The notes under the pieces were generated by a model that saw only the letters and a list, made by a program, of their open reading frames with translations, had not been told where the DNA came from and did not search any database. Positions 1 to 11,390 of a stretch of 64,000 nt of DNA are shown here, piece by piece. The stretch comes from Haliotis cracherodii. Lineage: Eukaryota. How positions within the stretch are numbered: position 1 is the stretch's first letter; each line of letters begins with the position of its first letter. A program made the translations under genes and the position numbers. The DNA lies in the NCBI RefSeq assembly GCF_022045235.1, contig NW_027266286.1, forward strand, positions 40,052,001-40,116,000. Reading direction: 5' to 3'.

Positions 1-427
1 GGGCAATGATTCGCTGTTTCCATGGTAATAGAAATTTTTCATGTATATATCATCATTAGTGAATTGTTCGGTAATTTCAACCACAAAGACCGTGAACTCT
101 TGACAAGGTCCTCGACTGATAGTCCCATGACAACCTGCCTGCTAAATAAGCAATACATGGTCCCACAGTTGCTAATGATAGTTTCTAGTGTGCACCCTCT
201 TAACGTGATATGACATGTGGCGAAAGTGATTGTTATTGGCCAGGTATTAGAGGGATGCTGGCAAGCATCTCGGCCAGAGCTGTCTCCACTCACAAGCAGT
301 CAAACAGGGGGTTTCAGTGTGCTAGAAGAAAGAATGTGGTACATAGTCTCATGGATTTTAAGATTTGTGCTCTCCAAGCCATGCATTGTAAGTGTTTTGT
401 TATTTCTCCGGTTCTTAATGGTATATA

Positions 428-498
428 GTGGTTTATAATGGTTCATAATGGTTCATAATGGTTTATAATGGTTCATAATGGTTTACAATGGTTTATAA
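428..498. repeat. 10-bp tandem repeat (ATGGTT[T/C]ATA)n, about 7 copies
   Basis: Directly visible periodic sequence. Confidence 0.85.
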
Positions 499-714
499 AT
501 GTTTTTTTTCAAACATGAAGTGCAGTTTGAGAAAAAGAGAGAAAAGAAGGGTGCTCTGAGTTGGAGAAAAACATTTCACGAAGGCTGCACTAAACTGCTA
601 TTAACTGGTTTCAGTTGTGGTTGATCTCAGCCAAAAGTGAAATGGGCTGAAAAGGTCCTTTATATAGGAGTTGGAGAAATGTTTTAGCAATGAAGGTGTT
701 GGCTTTGTTGGGTA

Positions 715-865
715 GGGGCAGTGGGGTAGTCTTGTGGCTAAAGCTTTTGCTCATCACACTGAAAACCTGGGTTCTTTTTCCCCACATGGGCACAATGTGT
801 GAAGCCCATCTCTGGTGTCCCCCACTTGGATATTGCTGGGATATTGCTAAAAGCTCACTCACTCA
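715..865 (+). mobile_element. tRNA-derived SINE, family A (diverged copy)
   Basis: Aligns by eye to the copies at 23394-23560 and 52239-52412; tRNA-like head and (ACTC)n tail. Confidence 0.75.
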
Positions 866-1332
866 GTGTTGTACAGTATTCTGTGATACCTTCTTGGTTC
901 ATTATTACCTGTTAGTTTGTATACTTAATAATTCATTTGATTTTCACCTTGTGATTATGTTGATGTTGGTGTGATTGACATAAGCATGATAAGGGGAACA
1001 GACTACCATATTTTCTGGAGTAAAGAGCACACTTTTATCCCCAAGAGACACCGCCATGTAGGCATGGTAGAGGGGTGTGCGCGTTATACACGCCATAATG
1101 AGTTTTGATGTGTTTTCCCGACCTCCCCAATGCAAAGTCATTACCGTAAGCACTTAGCATCCAAAATACCAAGTCAACAAATCCATACTGAAGTACTCAA
1201 ATTAATCATGTATTTACACTGTCTGGTTATAAAAAGTTTTCATTGACTATCTGGGCTTCTGTTTGTGACCTATTTTATTAATTATATTCAAAATTTCATT
1301 CTTATTGTTTATATTAATTTTGGCGAGAAATG

Positions 1333-1548
1333 CTGAGTGACCCTGTGTCTGTATGTGACGTTGTGTTCTGAGTGACCCTGTGTCTGTAAGTGACGTTGTG
1401 TTCTGAGTGACCCTGTGTCTGTAAGTGACGTTGTGTTCTGAGTGACCCTGTGTCTGTAAGTGACGTTGTGTTCTGAGTGACCCTGTATCTGTAAGTGACG
1501 TTGTGTTGTGAGTGACCCTGTGTCTGTAAGTGATGTTGTGTTCTGAGT
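1333..1548. repeat. 35-bp intronic minisatellite, about 6 copies
   Basis: Unit CTGAGTGACCCTGTGTCTGTAAGTGACGTTGTGTT, period 35. Confidence 0.9.
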
Positions 1549-1601
1549 GCCATGTTGGATGTTTTTGGAAGTGCAAGGTTTTCTTGTTTTTTACATTCTA
1601 G

Positions 1602-1728
1602 GTTTGTTGCCGTGTCTACGATGGACACTGAGTTTGAACGTATTGACATGAACCAGTGTCCACAAGCTGAGGGAAACCCTCCCCCCAACTACTTCGCTGG
1701 AACTGACCGATGCAAAGGCACTACCATG
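1602..1728 (+). CDS. GPR158/GPR179-ectodomain-like protein, internal exon (end of Cache module / start of EGF-like module)
   Basis: ttctag acceptor and gtaaaa donor; encodes FVAVSTMDTEFERIDMNQCP..NYFAGTDRCKGTTM, with the D-x-N-Q-C motif typical of GPR158-family ectodomains. The 5' exons lie outside the window. Confidence 0.8.
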
Positions 1729-2530
1729 GTAAAAACACAAGGCAACTGCATGCTCAGTCACACAGGCCAGCACAAACTAATGTTGGCAAAGTGTGTTGAG
1801 TGTCCAACATGTTTACTCAAACACAAAAGTAACTGTGTTCTTACCTTTTGCATTGTAGTTTTTGTTACAACTTGACTTATCATGCTTATACAAGTTAAAT
1901 CTTATTTAATCTAATTTGAAAATTTAGAATTGTTTGTGTGTTTAATTAGTTTCAATTTAAACACATTCAAAATTTCAAATTCTGCTACACAATTTGTGTC
2001 CTTCACACAAGTTTCTGAGAAATGTATTGCAGTTTGAGGAAAAAGTGAAATTTCATTTTGGCGTAAATACTCATTAAAACAGCATCCAGGTACCCTGGTT
2101 CATCTGGACAAACGTTGTGTAAACAAATAGAAGATTAGTCAGTTCGTAAGCATAAAGCCCGACATTCAGTTATGACATGATTAATTGTAGTAGTAATGTT
2201 TTAGTTAGTGCATTCATTAGTTCAGATTCACTTTTGTGTGTGAATATAACAATTTTTTCAACATGTTCAATACAACAAGATATGATAGTCCTAAGACCAA
2301 TCTCACTTTCCCCTATAATATATGACCAGTCCCTAAACATACATTATGCGTTAAAATGAAATTTTTGTGAGGTAGGTAATGACACTACAAGCATGATGAA
2401 ATGTTTTTCTTATTTTCATGTTATTTCTTTGTGGATGTATTTATCATATATAAAAACATTCTATTATTGTAATAAAATCCAGTAAAGGGGAGGGTATTAC
2501 AAGAAGCAGTTCATGTGTTTGTTCCCACAG

Positions 2531-2696
2531 TGTGAGCCCATCAGTGGGTATGGCTTCAAGCGGGGAGGCTACCAGTGTGTGTGTCAGCCTGGGTACTACT
2601 ACCCCTGGTTCCACGATGGCCCCTTCCTTGGATGGGAGATTGAGGAGGCCGCTCGAGATGAGTATGAAGTTGGCTTCGACTGCATTGCTGTAGATG
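2531..2696 (+). CDS. GPR158-like gene exon (EGF-like module 1)
   Basis: cccacag / gtgagt, phase 0 to 1; CEPISGYGFKRGGYQCVCQPGYYYP. Confidence 0.85.
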
Positions 2697-2920
2697 GTGA
2701 GTACAAATTCAGATAACAACATGTGATTTATTCATCTAATGTTTTAAATCAGATTGGCCAAGCTCACCAGTTACTTGCAGAATTATCTCTTTGTATTTAG
2801 GTCAGGTCTAAGCTACATAAACATTATCAAGAGCAGTATGAATATTTGGGAAGATTAAGGTTGTTTTATCATATTTACTCTCTGCAGCAATGTTAAACAC
2901 ATTGTTTCCGCTTTTTTCAG

Positions 2921-3947
2921 AGCGTCAAGTCATCCCTAACGTGATGCCTGAGTTTGTTGAGAGGAAGAAGAGATCAGTTTTGTCAAAGAAAACAGAGTTT
3001 TTGGAGATGACCCTCCCAAAAGCTCAGAGTCCTCGACCCAGTCCCCGCCAGAAGCGTCACCTAGTTGCAAGACTCAAGGACTACAAAGAGAAGTTGTTAA
3101 GGGAGAAGAGAAGTAAGCTGGTTGCTCGCACTAAGAGAGACACATCGCGCAAGATCCATCGCAACAAGCGAGATGCTGTGGATGAGATAGCAGCAAATCG
3201 CTTTGAGAACATTTTGCAAAGGATGTATCAAACAAAGCCTGAGAATTGCCAGTCCAAGCAGGCTCATGAGCTGTACTTGCCAGGAGATGCTGGGCACGGC
3301 GTCGAGAAGCTTTTTGAAGCTCAAGGTCGCACAGCACTCAGACTCGCACACTTCCTCAGCAACTTCCTGCAGAATGTGGACGAGTATGAAGAGTTTGGTA
3401 ACCTCCGTGGTGACAGACGTCTAAATGAAACTCACATCTTTGCTGAAGTTATTGCCAATGTCATGAGTGACTTCAAGATAAAGGGCAGTGGGGTCTTCTT
3501 TGATAGGTACAAGTTCCGCATGTCACCACCCGTCAACAACACTGACCCCAGATTTACGGACGGTATTACACGAGAGTTCTTTGGACCTTATGCCTACAAA
3601 CTAGAGTTGAAGGATGAGGGTCTGGATTATTACAAAGCAATAGACTTTGCTGGCTTTAAGGACTATTACGTTGATGCATCCTGGTACAGGGACATGAAAG
3701 CCAGATGGGCAACCAATCAGTATGGCCTGAAGAAATTCACAGCTAAGCCCATGATCCGGTCCAATCCAATGGGAACCAGTTTGATCCGCTTTGAATATTA
3801 CCCCCTGACTTACCGAGCACCTCGCTATGAAGATGGAGAATGGCTAAGACCACAGTTCAAGTGTGATGGCATGGTCAATGATTGGGTGGTTACTTACGTT
3901 GTACCATTCTTTGGGAAAAACAGTCTGAAGACAGAGATTGAATTCAA
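2921..3947 (+). CDS. GPR158-like gene exon (furin-site linker plus Cache-like domain)
   Basis: ttttcag / gtaagg, phase 1 to 2; ALRLAHFLSNFLQ, GSGVFFD, FGPYAY, W..P.FKCDG..W.VTY.VPFFG motifs. Confidence 0.88.
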
Positions 3948-4176
3948 GTAAGGTGCAAATTGAGAGCACGCTAATGTAGTGGTATCGTATACATGTTTCT
4001 GTATCCAGTGTCTTAACACTTACATTTGAATGCTTTAAATATGGACTTTTAAGTCATAAATTAGGAATATTCAGCATGTTGGCAAGTATTGTCTTAATAG
4101 TTATCTATGAAATTTGATGTTTTTTTCTTTCATGAGGTATGTTGTATTGTCACATTACCACATAACAATGAATTAT

Positions 4177-4628
4177 CAATCGTAGCGCCACCAGTGGTTA
4201 TTCCGAGTTATGTCCCTTCTAAGCCTCTCCTATGGACCAATCAGATTCCATCACTTGCATTTGTTTCAAACAAAACGATGGCGCCCAGTCAAGATGATCT
4301 GATCGATAATCAAGATCTATGTTGTGATAAAACAGGTCTTACATTGCTAGGTGCATCAAATCACACGAGCACCTTGATTAAAAACATGAATAGGTTTGGA
4401 AAATATCTGTTGACAATGACTTGGCGGTGCACATACTTTGCAAATCTTGCAATCGACCGAAATCTGTGCGACAGTTTGCGAACAAGGTTTCAATTCCGTT
4501 GAGCGATTTTGATTGGACGATGCATAAACTCGTTAGTCCAGTCAAAATGTAACTCCATAATACCATCCTAGTTTGGCAAGGGTGGAAACTGGACTTTTAT
4601 AGTCAGTTAACTCTCTTGCCTCGGGAAG
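4177..4628 (+). mobile_element. MITE family M (left TIR missing), intronic
   Basis: Homologous to 11871-12395, including the right TIR GGCAAGGGTGGAAACTGGACTTTTATAGTCAGTTAACTC..TGCCTCGGGAAG. Confidence 0.8.
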
Positions 4629-4938
4629 TTGTGAACTAGCATGTTTCAAAATAGTTGGATATAAACTTAATGGTTAAGGTGTAAATATTATTCAACATGA
4701 TTCTCCGACACATGTGAGTGAGTGAGTTATGGTTTATAGTCACATCGGCAATATTTCAGCCATATCGTGACTACCGACACATGTGAGATTCATGTGTTTG
4801 ATATAAATGTTAGACAAGTGTTAGCGCTGTAACATCCAGATATTGATGGTTTAATACGGCACAGAACATAGACATAGGTTTATTGCTGGACGTATGTTGT
4901 TTGCTTACCTTTGTACTGACCAGTTTCTGTGTGTCCAG

Positions 4939-5056
4939 GGGTGTGGTCACTGTGGAGGCCAAGCTTGACTACCTGGATATCAATCAGTGCCCGGCCGAGT
5001 TCCATAGTGCCAACTCCTTCAAGAACACAGCCCGCTGTCACTTTGAAAGTCAATAT
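4939..5056 (+). CDS. GPR158-like gene exon
   Basis: gtccag / gtaagt, phase 2 to 0; GVVTVEAKLDYLDINQCP..NSFKNTARCH. Confidence 0.85.
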
Positions 5057-5672
5057 GTAAGTAATGCTAGTACCTCAAAGATATACCATTTTCAGGCGAG
5101 AGACATCTGGTTGCAGTTCTTGGCACTGGCGGAATAATCACGTGACAATAACAGTGATTATTTTCTGGTGCCAACAATTGCTTCGTGGACCTGGCATCTT
5201 TGTGAGGGAATGAGTTTTAGAATCGGAACTCCTTTACTTGAAAAATATTTCATGATACTGTACACAAGACATGTTGACAAGTCATAATATTGTAATTAGA
5301 AAATAATCAGGCTCATTCATACAGATGATGTAGATGGTTGCCTCAAACACAACCCTTCACATTTTGTACCCACGCTTTTCAACCCCTGACGTGTTTATAT
5401 ACTGTATTGACCATATTATGCACGATGCTCCAGTAAGGACCCTCAGGTCAACTTCTTGACCAATCGGCAAGTTATCTTCAGAAGCACCCCATACTAAGAC
5501 CAAACGTTTACATTAAATACATCTGTGTAGAAGGAGTGCATATTAAATGCTTCCTCCTGATTGATCTTCTGTCAAATGAACTAATGTATGGTTTAAACAA
5601 TGCATCCTCCCCTTACCCCGTGTTACCATGTTTATTGTATTTTTGTCCATTTTACTTTCAATCTGCTCACAG

Positions 5673-5827
5673 TGTGTGCCTCTCGAGGGGAAGAGGTTTA
5701 CCCGTGGTGGCTACAAATGTGAGTGTCGCCAAGGTTACGAATATCCCTTCAACGACTTGGCCTGGTTCTTTGATGGTCAGACAATGGAGGAGGAATGGAG
5801 GAAGTTGAGCGCTGGGGAACCCAATAG
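5673..5827 (+). CDS. GPR158-like gene exon (EGF-like module 2)
   Basis: tcacag / gtgggc, phase 0 to 2; CVPLEGKRFTRGGYKCECRQGYEYP. Confidence 0.85.
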
Positions 5828-6105
5828 GTGGGCAGATAACTCTGTACTCTATACAGTCTCTGTGGGAAATTTGCGTCAGTTTCTTGATGTCTGTCCTGGA
5901 GAAGACTTGCAACATTTGTAACCTGTCTAAACCCAGACAAGGATCTTCAAAAGTAAAACGATTGAAGACTCTGTATAAAACATTATTTAATATAAGTTTT
6001 GTACAAAGCCCCCTTTTGTTGATTAGTCTGAGTAGGACTGATCACCTAAACATTTTGCTAAAAAGTTATTGGGGATGGAAATGACCTATTATGCATGTGT
6101 TTCAG

Positions 6106-6211
6106 GTATGCTACACTGAAATGCCGTATAGCGGGAGCGTCGTCTGTGTCAGCAAGCATGGTGATGACACTGATCCTGGCCTGTGCCGTCTCAGTGTGGA
6201 CAAGGACATGA
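6106..6211 (+). CDS. GPR158-like gene terminal exon with GPI-signal-like hydrophobic tail
   Basis: tttcag acceptor, phase 2; reads (R)YATLKCRIAGASSVSASMVMTLILACAVSVWTRT-stop. Confidence 0.75.
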
Positions 6212-7246
6212 TCCCCCGTGTGGCTGGCTGGCTGGCTGGCTGGCTGCACCCTGACACACGCGGCAGACAACTAGTCTGGCCTCTTCTCTTAGCATCTATT
6301 TGGGGGAAATTCTTCCCTTTGTTAGTGTTTCTATTGACTGTTTCCTTGCAGTTTGAAGCTGTATCCTATATTCAACACTATACCCTATGCTTTGTGTCGT
6401 CCAGAGCCTGGCACAACATCTTGCCTAAGGTAGCCGAGTTCAAACTCATTGTAGGATTATATATGTTTCTTTGATACGAAAGATTTTAAGGGATTGACAG
6501 CTTCCAATGTATTCGAGCAAGAATCCTAAGTTGTTGAAACACAGTTCCATATTGTGCCCCAGATTGTTATGATTGTAGGAGATTTTTTTTAGGTGCTTTG
6601 ATTCACTTTATCAATCATATAGTCCGTCTTCATTCATGAGACTTTTTTTTATAGCTCATAAATTTGATGGAAATTGATTTTTTTAAACGTGTACATATGT
6701 TGAATATCTTATACCTTGTACATATAAATATGTGATACTATGCTCATTTCCTGCGTGATCATGGACAGGTGATATCATGAGCCACTGAATGAAAACATAT
6801 CAGCCCTGAAGGGCACCTTGTACAGACGCAGTAATCGACACATGTACAGATGTCAAATATCTATATTTTTTAAATATCTGTTTTTTTTATACAAATTTAA
6901 CATATTTCATGTATATATTTTATCTTGCTGTTAGGCTTGAATTTCAGGCATTTAGTGTTATGAACGATTCTTTACAATATGTATAGAAGTGCTCAAAATG
7001 CCCTACTTTGACCTTATGGTTAAATATATTTGGCAACATTACATTTCAAATACCTGAGCAGTCAACATCAGTAATGAATGAGTAATACAGTCATTTGGAA
7101 TTGTTGTGTTAGAAGCAATAAGAAACCTTCATGATTAAAATCATCTCTGTCTATGCACATTCATTCCTGCCATAGGCACCTCGCCATGTTCCATTTGCTA
7201 CTACATATTTATAGGCTTTGTAAAGAGATTTTGTACATGACATATC

Positions 7247-7252
7247 AATAAA
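7247..7252 (+). terminator. Candidate polyadenylation signal of the GPR158-like gene
   Basis: AATAAA about 1 kb after the stop codon, at the end of an AT-rich UTR-like stretch. Confidence 0.45.
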
Positions 7253-7463
7253 TGATTTTTATAGAAATTGAACATTTCTCGTGTATTTTCTAATAATAAT
7301 ATATTCATAAATCATTTTGTTCAACCAAGATAAAGCATGTAGTTTTGGTCCAAATGTGCTTCAACTAGGTACATGTATGGTCAAGAGCAGTGATATGAAA
7401 AACCATGAAGTACTTCCTCTTGGGCTACACATTTGTATGCCTGGAAAACATATCGTGAACCAG

Positions 7464-10290
7464 ACCAGCTATAGTCCACACTGAGACACTGTACAGTACT
7501 GGGGACCCGCTATAGTCCACACTGAGACACTGTCCAGTACTGGGGACCAGCTATAGTCCACACTGAGACACTGTACAGTACTGGGGACCAGCTATAGTCC
7601 ACACTGAGACACTGTCCAGTACTGGGGAACAGCTATAGTCCACACTGAGACACTGTCCAGTACTGGGGACCAGCTATAGTCCACACTGAGACACTGTACA
7701 GTACTGGGGACCAGCTATAGTCCACACTGAGACACTGTACAGTACTGGGGACCAGCTATAGTCCACACTGAGACACTGTACAGTCCCGGGGAATAGCTAT
7801 AGTCCACACTGAGACACTGTACAGTACTGGGGACCAGCTATAGTCCACACTGAGACACTGTACAGTACTGGGGACCAGCTATAGTCCACACTGAGACACT
7901 GTACAGTACTGGGGACCAGCTATAGTCCACACTGAGACACTGTACAGTACTGGGGACCAGCTATAGTCCACACTGAGACACTGTCCAGTACTGGGGACCA
8001 GCTATAGTCCACACTGAGACACTGTACAGTACTGGGGACCAGCTATAGTCCACACTGAGACACTGTCCAGTACTGGGGACCAGCTATAGTCCACACTGAG
8101 ACACTGTCCAGTACTGGGGACCAGCTATAGTCCACACTGAGACACTGTACAGTACTGGGGACCAGCTATAGTCCACACTGAGGCTCTGTACAGTACTGGG
8201 GACCAGCTATAGTCCACACTGAGGCTCTGTACAGTACTGGGGACCAGCTATAGTCCACACTGAGACACTGTACAGTACTGGGGACCAGCTATAGTCCACA
8301 CTGAGACACTGTCCAGTACTGGGGACCAGCTATAGTCCACACTGAGACACTGTCCAGTACTGGGGACCAGCTATAGTCCACACTGAGGCACTGTACAGTA
8401 CTGGGGACCAGCTATAGTCCACACTGAGACACTGTACAGTACTGGGGACCAGCTATAGTCCACACTGAGACACTGTCCAGTACTGGGGACCAGCTATAGT
8501 CCACACTGAGACACTGTACAGTACTGGGGACCAGCTATAGTCCACACTGAGACACTGTACAGTACTGGGGACCAGCTATAGTCCACACTGAGACACTGTA
8601 CAGTCCCGGGGAACAGCTATAGTCCACACTGAGACACTGTACAGTACTGGGGACCCGCTATAGTCCACACTGAGACACTGTACAGTACTGGGGACCAGCT
8701 ATAGTCCACACTGAGGCTCTGTACAGTACTGGGGACCAGCTATAGTCCACACTGAGACACTGTACAGTACTGGGGACCAGCTATAGTCCACACTGAGACA
8801 CAGTACAGTACTGGGGACCAGCTATAGTCCACACTGAGGCTCTGTACAGTACTGGGGACCAGCTATAGTCCACACTGAGACACTGTCCAGTACTGGGGAC
8901 CAGCTATAGTCCACACTGAGACACTGTACAGTACTGGGGACCAGCTATAGTCCACACTGAGACACTGTACAGTCCCGGGGAATAGCTATAGTCCACACTG
9001 AGACACTGTACAGTACTGGGGACCAGCTATAGTCCACACTGAGACACTGTACAGTCCCGGGGAACAGCTATAGTCCACACTGAGACACTGTTCAGTACTG
9101 GGGACCAGCTATAGTCCACACTGAGACACTGTACAGTACTGGGGACCAGCTATAGTCCACACTGAGGCTCTGTACAGTACTGGGGACCAGCTATAGTCCA
9201 CACTGAGACACTGTACAGTACTGGGGACCAGCTATAGTCCACACTGAGACACTGTACAGTACTGGGGACCAGCTATAGTCCACACTGAGACACTGTACAG
9301 TCCCGGGGAACAGCTATAGTCCACACTGAGACACTGTACAGTACTGGGGACCAGCTATAGTCCACACTGAGGCACTGTACAGTACTGGGGACCAGCTATA
9401 GTCCACATTGAGACACTGTACAGTACTGGGGACCAGCTATAGTCCACACTGAGACACTGTCCAGTACTGGGGACCAGCTATAGTCCACACTGAGACACTG
9501 TACAGTACTGGGGACCAGCTATAGTCCACACTGAGACACTGTACAGTACTGGGGACCAGCTTTAGTCCACACTGAGACACTGTACAGTACTGGGGACCAG
9601 CTATAGTCCACACTGAGACACTGTCCAGTACTGGGGACCCGCTATAGTCCACACTGAGACACTGTACAGTACTGGGGACCAGCTATAGTCCACACTGAGA
9701 CACTGTCCAGTACTGGGGACCAGCTATAGTCCACACTGAGACACTGTACAGTACTGGGGACCAGCTATAGTCCACACTGAGACACTGTACAGTACTGGGG
9801 ACCAGCTATAGTCCACACTGAGACACTGTCCAGTACTGGGGACCAGCTATAGTCCACACTGAGACACTGTACAGTACTGGGGACCAGCTATAGTCCACAC
9901 TGAGACACTGTACAGTACTGGGGACCAGCTATAGTCCACACTGAGACACTGTACAGTACTGGGGACCAGCTATAGTCCACACTGAGACACTGTACAGTAC
10001 TGGGGACCAGCTATAGTCCACACTGAGGCACTGTACAGTACTGGGGACCAGCTATAATGAACATAGGGGCAGTGTACAATACTGGGGACCAGCTATAGTA
10101 CACACACACACACACACAAAGGCACTGTACAGTATTATGGACCAGCTATAATGCACATAGGGGTGGGGACCAGCTATAGTCCACATTGAGGCTCTGTACA
10201 GTACTGGGGACCAGCTATAGTCCACATTGTGGCACTGTACAGTACTGGGGACCAGCTATAGTCCACATTGTGGCACTGCACAATACTAGG
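7464..10290. repeat. 41-bp satellite array, 63 in-register units plus a degenerate tail
   Basis: Unit ACCAGCTATAGTCCACACTGAGACACTGTACAGTACTGGGG; unit starts at 7464 and 10047 are exactly 63x41 apart. Confidence 0.95.
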
Positions 10291-10552
10291 GGCCAGCAAT
10301 AGTGCACATACAGGCACTTGTAACTTGCAACTGTTAACTCAACATACAATGACAGATGTACTGTAATAAGCACTGAAACGATATAAAACAAAAGTCTGTG
10401 CGTATTATACACGACAAATACATTTTTCAAGAATTTAATTGCCCATAATTAAGGGTGCATATTACACCAAGTGCACATCTTGTTGTACATTGTGGCATAC
10501 AGGTTCAGAACTAATAAAGCAAACATGTCAAAGCATTAAGACATGGTATCAT

Positions 10553-11023
10553 TGCAATCCTGGCCCCTCTTGGACCAAGTGGACAATTGTTAGAAATGTC
10601 CTATTCATGGTCAACAGATGCAATCCTGGCCCCTCTTGGACCAAGTGGACAATTGTTAGAAATGTCCTATTCATGGTCAACAGATGCAATCCTGGCCCTT
10701 CTTGGACCAAGTGGACAGTTGTTAGAAATGTCCTATTCATGGTCAACAGATGCAATCCTGGCCCCTCTTGGACCAAGTGGACAATTGTTAGAAATGTCCT
10801 ATTCATTGTCAACAGATGCAATCCTGGCCCCTCTTGGACAAAGTGGACAATTGTTAGAAATGTCATATTCATTGTCAACAGATGCAGTCCTGGCCCCTTT
10901 GGGACAAAGTAGACAATTGTTAGAAATGTCGTGTTCATGGTCAACAGATGCAGTCCTGGCCCCTTTGGGACCATGTAGACAATTGTTAGAAATGTCGTAT
11001 TCATTGCCAACAGATGCAGTCCT
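10553..11023. repeat. 66-bp minisatellite, about 7 copies
   Basis: Unit TGCAATCCTGGCCCCTCTTGGACCAAGTGGACAATTGTTAGAAATGTCCTATTCATGGTCAACAGA. Confidence 0.9.
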
Positions 11024-11390
11024 GTGCCATTACATTTTTGTGCTAAGTAATAAATTTTGCTTAAAGGTAGTTACAATCCATTTCCTACCCTATAAACCAT
11101 CTTCTGATTCTTATGAAGTCACACAGCTAACATGAACTGGCCCATGCCTTCACAGCAGATTTCTCTGTTGAATGCTGATGTTTTTAACTTATAATAACGT
11201 TGTTCTAGTTATTTTATTATCTGCATCTACCCTTTTCCTATGACACTTTATTGCCAGGTTGCACCATAAGTGAAGCTATGGTTCAATCATCGACGAATGT
11301 ATTCATTTGCCACCCTATTACCAGCAACGTCCTTTAATTCAACGTTGAAATTAAATAATGTGCAAAGCTCGCGTAATAAATAAATCTCTA

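Noticed and set aside
1-420. Possible integrase-like relic at the window start
   Set aside because: Too degenerate to assign by eye.
4107-4502. 131-aa ORF
   Set aside because: Lies within a MITE copy; other copies do not keep the frame.
7464-10290. CRISPR-like array
   Set aside because: Head-to-tail identical units with no unique spacers, no cas genes and a eukaryotic context; it is a satellite. The same applies to 38274-39890.
10439-11135. ORFs with 22-aa repeats
   Set aside because: 66-bp minisatellite open in several frames; no splice or domain support.
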